Source: Candidatus Bathyarchaeota archaeon | GTDB lineage: Archaea > Thermoproteota > Bathyarchaeia > 40CM-2-53-6 | DNA length: 12,920 nt | Direction of reading: 5' to 3' | Assembly (NCBI GenBank): GCA_963833125.1 | Contig: CAWHWX010000029.1 | Location: forward strand, 1-12,920 | Shown: piece after piece, positions 7,529 through 12,920 of the stretch | Layout of the letters: each line of letters starts with the position of its first letter | Numbering within the stretch: position 1 is the stretch's first letter | The notes under the pieces: model-generated | The model's database searches: none | Told to the model about the DNA's origin: nothing | The model's input: the letters and a program-made list of their open reading frames with translations, nothing else | Made by a program: the position numbers and the translations under genes

Positions 7529-7580
7529 CTAGGGCCGCCCCGGATCACCGATTCGTGCGGTAGTATTCGAGTGGAGTTGG

Positions 7581-8315
7581 TTAGGTAGGCTTCGTAGCCG
7601 TCCATGCCACGCTTTTCACTTGGAGCCCTTTCGAGGTCATTTCGTCGTTTATGGGGTGTGACTCATCCGACCCTTCGATGCCTATGAATCCTGACTTTTC
7701 CAGTAGACCTCTATACTCGTTAAAGGTGACGGCGCCCGCAATGCATCCCGCCCACTCTTCCGGGTTAACCTCCTTTCGACTTTCCTGTGTTGCCACCATG
7801 TCCGACACAGAGATTCTGCCACCGGATTTGAGAACACGGTAAATCTCACGGAATGCTGACTGCTTGTCCGGGACCAAGTTCAGGACGCAGTTGCTTATGA
7901 CTAGATCCACCGAATTGCCTTCAATGGGCATGTGCTCGATCTCACCTAATCGAAACTCAACGTTCGGGTAATCATACTTCTTGGAGGTTTCACGGGCTCT
8001 GAAAATCATCTCGGGCGTTGCATCAAGGCCAATAACTCTCCCCTTCGCCCCAACAAGTTTCGAAGCACGAAACACGTCAACACCCCCGCCGCTGCCCAAA
8101 TCTAGCACGGTTTCGCCTTCGCGGACCTGTACGTGCGTTAGGGGGCTTCCACAGCTGGCGACAACTTGAGCCGCCTCTTCGGGGAGATCGGTTTCAGTTG
8201 CCGATGTGCTGCAACAGGTTGCACTCTCGTCTCCGCAGCAGGATTCATTCAGTACGGCTAGTTTGCGGTATCTTTCTCTAACGGCATTCTTGATTTGTTC
8301 CTCGTTCAGCGTCAT
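7581..8315 (-). CDS. arsM: Arsenite S-adenosylmethionine methyltransferase
   Basis: SCGSP, VLDLGSGGG, ISNCVLNL and WAGCIAGA with the conserved cysteines, plus N-terminal CC pairs, in ars context. Confidence 0.92.
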   Translation of the reverse strand: MTLNEEQIKNAVRERYRKLAVLNESCCGDESATCCSTSATETDLPEEAAQVVASCGSPLTHVQVREGETVLDLGSGGGVDVFRASKLVGAKGRVIGLDATPEMIFRARETSKKYDYPNVEFRLGEIEHMPIEGNSVDLVISNCVLNLVPDKQSAFREIYRVLKSGGRISVSDMVATQESRKEVNPEEWAGCIAGAVTFNEYRGLLEKSGFIGIEGSDESHPINDEMTSKGLQVKSVAWTATKPT

Positions 8316-8341
8316 GCTTCTTCAGCTCTTAGAATACGAAG

Positions 8342-8365
8342 TAACATATTTAAGAATGTTAATAT
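8342..8365. promoter_or_regulatory. Divergent arsM/arsR promoter with putative ArsR operator
   Basis: AT-rich 70-bp gap. Inverted repeats TAACAT-N8-ATGTTA (8342-8361) and ATATT-N10-AATAT (8346-8365) overlap TATA-like TTTAAG/TTAAATA. Confidence 0.5.
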
Positions 8366-8385
8366 AATCTTTACTCCTGATCAAC

Positions 8386-8784
8386 TTGAGTTCCGTTATC
8401 GCCCAAGCTCGAGTCAAACGCCTAGTAACATTAGGCTTAGTGGATACTACCTGCACGCCAACCGAACGCATTAACGAACTGAAAGCCAAACTTGACTTTG
8501 ATGATCCCAAATTCCGAGAATATGAAACATGCTTCTCATCACTAGGTGACGTAACAAGATTGAAGATTCTGAAAATCATAGGCGACGAGGAATTATGTTC
8601 ATGTGAAGTTATGGCTGCGCTGGATTTAACACAACCAACTACCTCGCACCATCTCGGAATACTGGAGAGAGCAGGTGTTCTGAGTTCCAGGCGCAACGGA
8701 AAATGGGTATTCTACCGAATATCCAACCCAAAGATCAAGGCGTGGCTCACCAAGAGTTTCGATTTGATGGAGGATCTGGTTTGA
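8386..8784 (+). CDS. arsR: ArsR/SmtB family metalloregulator
   Basis: LGDVTRLKIL, ELCSCEV (alpha-3 cysteine site), QPTTSHHLGILERAG, RRNGKWVFY. Confidence 0.93.
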   Translation: MSSVIAQARVKRLVTLGLVDTTCTPTERINELKAKLDFDDPKFREYETCFSSLGDVTRLKILKIIGDEELCSCEVMAALDLTQPTTSHHLGILERAGVLSSRRNGKWVFYRISNPKIKAWLTKSFDLMEDLV

Positions 8785-9174
8785 CGAAACGCTGTTCTCT
8801 TCGTCTGCATCGAGAATGCGGGTAGAAGCAAAATGGCTGAAGGCTTCGCAAGAGCATACGGCTTGGATGCGTCCAGCGCAGGCACCGTACCGGCAGAGAA
8901 AGTGAACCCGGTTGTGGTTCAAGCGATGATGGAGAGAGGCATATCTGTTCCTGGAAAGCCGAAGGTTCTGACGGAACAAATGATCACCGAGTCTGACCTG
9001 GTTGTGACGATGGGATGTTCTGTTCAAGAGGTCTGTCCCGCACCATTAGTTCGGGAAATGCAGAAGAAACTTGTAGATTGGCAAATCGAAGATCCGAAAG
9101 GAAAAGGAATCGATCAGGTTAGAAAGATCTCCTCGGAGATCGAAAGGAAAGTCTTGGAACTATTGAAGCGCTAG
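8781..9174 (+). CDS. arsC: Thioredoxin-type arsenate reductase / LMW-PTP family; 5' end affected by a 1-base shift
   Basis: P-loop VLFVCIENAGRS lies at 8794-8829, upstream of the called ATG at 8833. Also SAGT, VVTMGC...CP and DWQIEDPKG. TTG at 8781 (after GGAGGA, overlapping the arsR stop) is one base out of frame. Confidence 0.85.
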
Positions 9175-9246
9175 TCAGGATCGCCAGAGTCCGACCCCAT
9201 GTGCTGTAGCTGCCATGGACACCCCTCTGTTTCCAATTTTGGGTAG

Positions 9247-10163
9247 GTGAATGCTTTGCTAAGGCGTTCTGCACTTTTTATGGTGCTCGCCGCGGCCTGC
9301 TGGGGTTTCGCAACAGTCATGAGCAAAGGAGTTTTGGCATATATCCCACCGTTGACTTTGCTCGTAGTTCAACTGACCGCGAGTATTGCCTCTCTCTGGA
9401 TTGTCATCTTTGTGGGGAAGGTAAGGATTCATCTTGACAGACGGATTCTTTGGCCCGCATTATTTGGTCTGCTCGAACCTGGCCTTGATCATACGTTAAG
9501 CCTGATTGGTTTGACTTGGACTACTGCAAGCATGTCTACGCTGATTTGGGATGTCGAACCAATTATCATCATAGCTCTGGCATTAGTTATTCTTCGCGAG
9601 CACGTGACCTTGCCTCTCTTGACATTTTCAGTTATCGCCATTTCGGGCGTCGTATTGGTGGCTGACGTTAATACGAACATGCAGGGGAACAGTGTTCTCA
9701 TAGGCAATTCGCTTGTTCTTGCAGGTGTCTTCTGTTGCTCCCTCTACGCGGTGTTAACCCGTCGAGTTGTGATTACTCTGGACATACTGCCGCTAGTGGC
9801 TTTGCAACAGACTGTCGCATGGATTTGGGCGTTGGCGATATGGCCGACAGAACTACTTCACGGAGTCATTCAGAACCTCTCAACCATCAGCGTGATCGGA
9901 TGGGGCTGGGCTGCGCTGTCAGGCATATTGTACTACGCGGTTGCCTACTGGTTCTACGTTAGCGGTTTGAAGAGGACTCCCCGAGCTTTGCTGGATTCTA
10001 CTTCAATCTAATCCCGATCTTTGGGGTTACGGGAGCTTACTTTTTCCTCGGTGAACGGTTAACAGCAACGGAATGGTTAGGGGCGATAATCATTCTATTC
10101 TCAGTCGGCAGTTTATTCTGGTTACAAAGAGGAGAAGCAAATCTCACAACTGCGTCCGTGTAA
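9247..10163 (+). CDS. EamA/DMT family transporter, frameshifted near 9981
   Basis: Two EamA repeats. After KRTP the other frame reads SFAGFYFNLIPIFGVTGAYFFLGERLTATEWLGAIIILFSV... to TAA at 10161-10163. Confidence 0.88.
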
Positions 10164-10354
10164 CTTACGACCCGTCAAAATTAGACCGTTTCAATGTAGA
10201 ATCCGACCAGGGTGTTTTGCAGGATGGCAGCCACAAGGGCCACTTATACCAGAGCATAATCATCCCAGATGGGTCGTTGCGGACCGAGTGACTTACAGCG
10301 ACTATGGAACCAGTCAATATATGCCGAACTCGCCCAAGATGGATGGTGAAATGA

Positions 10355-10771
10355 TTGTTGGATGACGAGCACTTCCTTGACGCTTTTCAAAAGGGGACAC
10401 TTCCCGCTGCTGAATTCAACCACCAAGGTCACTTACGCTTATCCTGGCTAATTCTTCGGCGCGACGGTTTCAGTGAGGGTACCCGCAATATTTCAGAAGG
10501 AATCAAGCGTTTCGCGACGTCAAAGGGAGCTTTCAAGAAATACCACGAGACGCTTACTCAATTCTGGCTGCGGCTCATATTCCACGCAATCGAGACCAAA
10601 CCCGACATCTCCAATTTTGAGGATTTTCTCAACTACTTCCCATTTCTTCGTAGCAAAGTCCTCCCACTGAGACACTGGCGCTCCGAAACCTTGCAAAGCG
10701 AGAGGTCTCGTCAAACGTGGGTTGGACCTGATCTGATTTCACTCCCTTCGATGCGTGCCCATTGTGATTAA
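10355..10771 (+). CDS. Conserved hypothetical protein (F-x-H-x-x-H-L-R...YHETLT-x-FW type)
   Basis: Intact ORF after a GGTGA site. The motif pattern resembles a widespread uncharacterised family, and I cannot assign a function. Confidence 0.7.
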   Translation: MLDDEHFLDAFQKGTLPAAEFNHQGHLRLSWLILRRDGFSEGTRNISEGIKRFATSKGAFKKYHETLTQFWLRLIFHAIETKPDISNFEDFLNYFPFLRSKVLPLRHWRSETLQSERSRQTWVGPDLISLPSMRAHCD

Positions 10772-10831
10772 GCTCTCGCTAAGCATAACCGACAAGCAAC
10801 GCAAGTGCGCGGACTGGCCGAGCAGCTTCTA

Positions 10832-11241
10832 CTATGCCATACCCATCTTAGCCAATTTCTGGAAATCAGTCATACTCTGAACAAGATCTGTTTGACTGAC
10901 TATTCCAATTATCTTATCGTGTTCGGTTACGACCAGCCTTTTCACCTGCTTTTCTACCATCCGGCGAGCCCGTCAATTAGCGGAGCCGTAGCATCAATCG
11001 TGACCAAGGGCGCAGTCATCATCTCTGCAACGGTGACTTTCGATGGATCAGCGGCTCCGGCCACTATCTTGTCAACCAAGTCCCTTTCGGTGACTATTCC
11101 GAAGGGTAAACCATCTCTATTAGCTATCAAGGAGCCGATCCGTTTTTCCACCATTAATCGTGCGGCCTCTCGTGCCTTGGCTTTGGAATCTATCGAAATG
11201 ATCGTTCGCATGATTTGGCGTACGGTGATTTCGGATGTCAA
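10832..11241 (-). CDS. Tandem CBS-domain protein, frameshifted near 10969
   Basis: First CBS: EAARLMVEKRIGSL...GIVTERDL. The second CBS continues in another frame as ARRMVEKQVKRLVVTEHDKIIGIVSQTDLV...MGMA* (stop at 10832-10834). Confidence 0.88.
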
Positions 11242-11433
11242 CTTAGTGCCCCTACCGTTAATTGGCTGAATCCAATTAAAGCATTCTTGTGGTATTCAAG
11301 TAGCGGCGGAAGGCCTATTCCGAAGTCCCCGACCGATCACACGAGCCAAGATAACAAAGGATGCACTCCAGTGGCGTTTAGTTTAACTGAGAATCTTTGA
11401 GCGCTAGATTCTTGGTGCGTATTTGTTGGGTTT

Positions 11434-12798
11434 CTAGAAGAGCTTGTCCTTGTCCAGTATTAATTCGGTTTCCTCGTATTTCCTTCCATGCATTTTCTTG
11501 ACGATAAGGAAGCGTCGGGATCTTCCCTGCGACTCTTTCTCGTAAATGTCAATGACACCATCGAAAAGGTCGATTATCGTTTGGCTCTCTTGGGAGGATG
11601 AGATTAAAGGGTTCAGAGTTGCGAGAATCGTGAAGCCTTCCGATTTACGCCTAGCAATGAAGTCATCTAGCCATTTGCGGGTTGTGAGCGCTTTGTGTTC
11701 GAGTAGTACGTCTGAGAGCAAGTCTATGATGAGTATTTTTCGCTTGCTAGGATTAGGGGTCGCGCCGAGGGCATCGCTGGAAGATATGTTCAGATCGTTG
11801 AGGTTCATAACATTCGATATTTTGTAAAGGTTGTTTGGACGAGGAACGATGTTGTCCGCCTGGGTGGTCAGGACATAGAAGTTGCTCGTATACATCTTAG
11901 CCAGATCTTGACTCCTCGCCAAGTCACGAGACATGAAGAAAACGGAGTTCCCTGACGACAAGCTGGACTCAATAATCTTTCTGAAGAGTAGATCTCTTTC
12001 GTCGCATGGAGGCGACAGTATCAGGATTGCGTAACCATATGACAGACCTCCTCCTAGAAGGTTGTCTAATTCTAGATATCCCGTAGAGAAGTTGTTCGCG
12101 GTTGATGCATTTGCAACGACCTCGGCGGACTCAAGTTGTGAGCTGCCGACAACCTTAGCGGTTGCTCGTTCCCGCTTTCTACGCCTCATCATAACCATCA
12201 ACGCGGCAAATATGGCCAAGGCGACGACTAGCCCAACGGCGCCGACGACTCCAAGGTTAGACGAGTTTGAGGAAGCTGTAGTGTTTCCGGTCGAAGTTTG
12301 ATTTAGTTCAGTTGCTGTCGTCGATGCAACTTGTGGTTCACCTACTTGCACATTTATGAACTGGCTACCGTTCGCGATGGCGCTGGGGCCAGCGAACACC
12401 CATGCTAAGATTTGCAGTTTCCAATTGATGACTCGCGATGGTGCTCTAACGGCATTCAGGATTGTAACGTTTACAATCTTAATGTAAGGTGGGTTGGCGA
12501 CCTGAATAGCGCCTATCCCGGTACTATTGCTTGTGATAATTCCGCCCGTTTCGTTTGATATGACGTCAACTCTCGCAATCACGTTCTGATTGACAGGATT
12601 GCATGTTAGCATGAGATGCGTTGAGATGAGGAGGGTTTGATTCAATTGCACGGTCGCAGGATAATCGATTCCCGTAATCTCCACCTGACAAAGTGGAGCG
12701 GCGCTAATGTTGGGAATCCATACTTGCCCGGCCACACCCAACGCCACTAGAGCGATTAGAAGTAAGATGAAGAGCGGCTCGGCCCGCGGTTTAGACAT
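11434..12798 (-). CDS. Membrane receptor-like protein: extracellular beta-rich domain, Ser/Thr linker, TM helix, cytoplasmic degenerate KaiC-like domain
   Basis: Signal/TM at the N-terminus, two Cys and several N-x-S/T sequons, TM followed by RRRKR. Then FSTGYLELDNLLGGGL, SPPCDERD in place of Walker A, LIIDLLSD, DLFDGVIDIYE and RRFLIVKKM. Confidence 0.85.
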   Translation of the reverse strand: MSKPRAEPLFILLLIALVALGVAGQVWIPNISAAPLCQVEITGIDYPATVQLNQTLLISTHLMLTCNPVNQNVIARVDVISNETGGIITSNSTGIGAIQVANPPYIKIVNVTILNAVRAPSRVINWKLQILAWVFAGPSAIANGSQFINVQVGEPQVASTTATELNQTSTGNTTASSNSSNLGVVGAVGLVVALAIFAALMVMMRRRKRERATAKVVGSSQLESAEVVANASTANNFSTGYLELDNLLGGGLSYGYAILILSPPCDERDLLFRKIIESSLSSGNSVFFMSRDLARSQDLAKMYTSNFYVLTTQADNIVPRPNNLYKISNVMNLNDLNISSSDALGATPNPSKRKILIIDLLSDVLLEHKALTTRKWLDDFIARRKSEGFTILATLNPLISSSQESQTIIDLFDGVIDIYEKESQGRSRRFLIVKKMHGRKYEETELILDKDKLF

Positions 12799-12920
12799 GT
12801 AAATACGCCAAACTTTACAAGATTATACGAGATTCGTGAATATGTGCCTTTGTAAGCTCCACGAAAGTTGCGCCTCTAAACGAACAAACCCTCACGTCAT
12901 TCTAGGAAATCGGGAAGTCT

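Noticed and set aside
8782-8784. Selenocysteine recoding of the arsR TGA
   Set aside because: The position is a linker rather than a Cys-equivalent site, I saw no SECIS, and an indel is simpler.
204-12301. Other short ORFs (e.g. 204-620, 7125-7532, 8322-8696, 10805-11269, 11546-11827)
   Set aside because: Antisense or alternate-frame shadows of well-supported genes, with no recognisable motifs.

Overview
Archaeal chromosomal window. The KaiC-like pseudo-ATPases, multi-intron tRNA and IPEYP-type sorting signal suggest a TACK lineage such as Bathyarchaeia (inference). Its centre is an unannotated minus-strand tRNA-Gly(GCC) at 4456-4616, split by three short BHB introns at positions 15/16, 29/30 and 45/46. 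Copies of this tRNA's ends are scattered on both sides. Upstream, a promoter-bearing 5' fragment (6298-6349) carries a diverged but covarying 15/16 intron, and 1.7 kb of surface-protein genes lie between it and the intact gene. Downstream, two palindromic 30-bp sites (3040-3069, 3611-3640) copy the CCA end and trailer and flank a VOC gene in inverted orientation. The window also holds three degenerate KaiC-like domains (SnoaL-fused, stand-alone, membrane-anchored), a membrane-GAF sensor with no output domain, an arsenic cluster (acr3, arsM, arsR, arsC), EamA, CBS and a conserved hypothetical gene. Five genes carry single-base frameshifts, so assembly error must be kept in mind.
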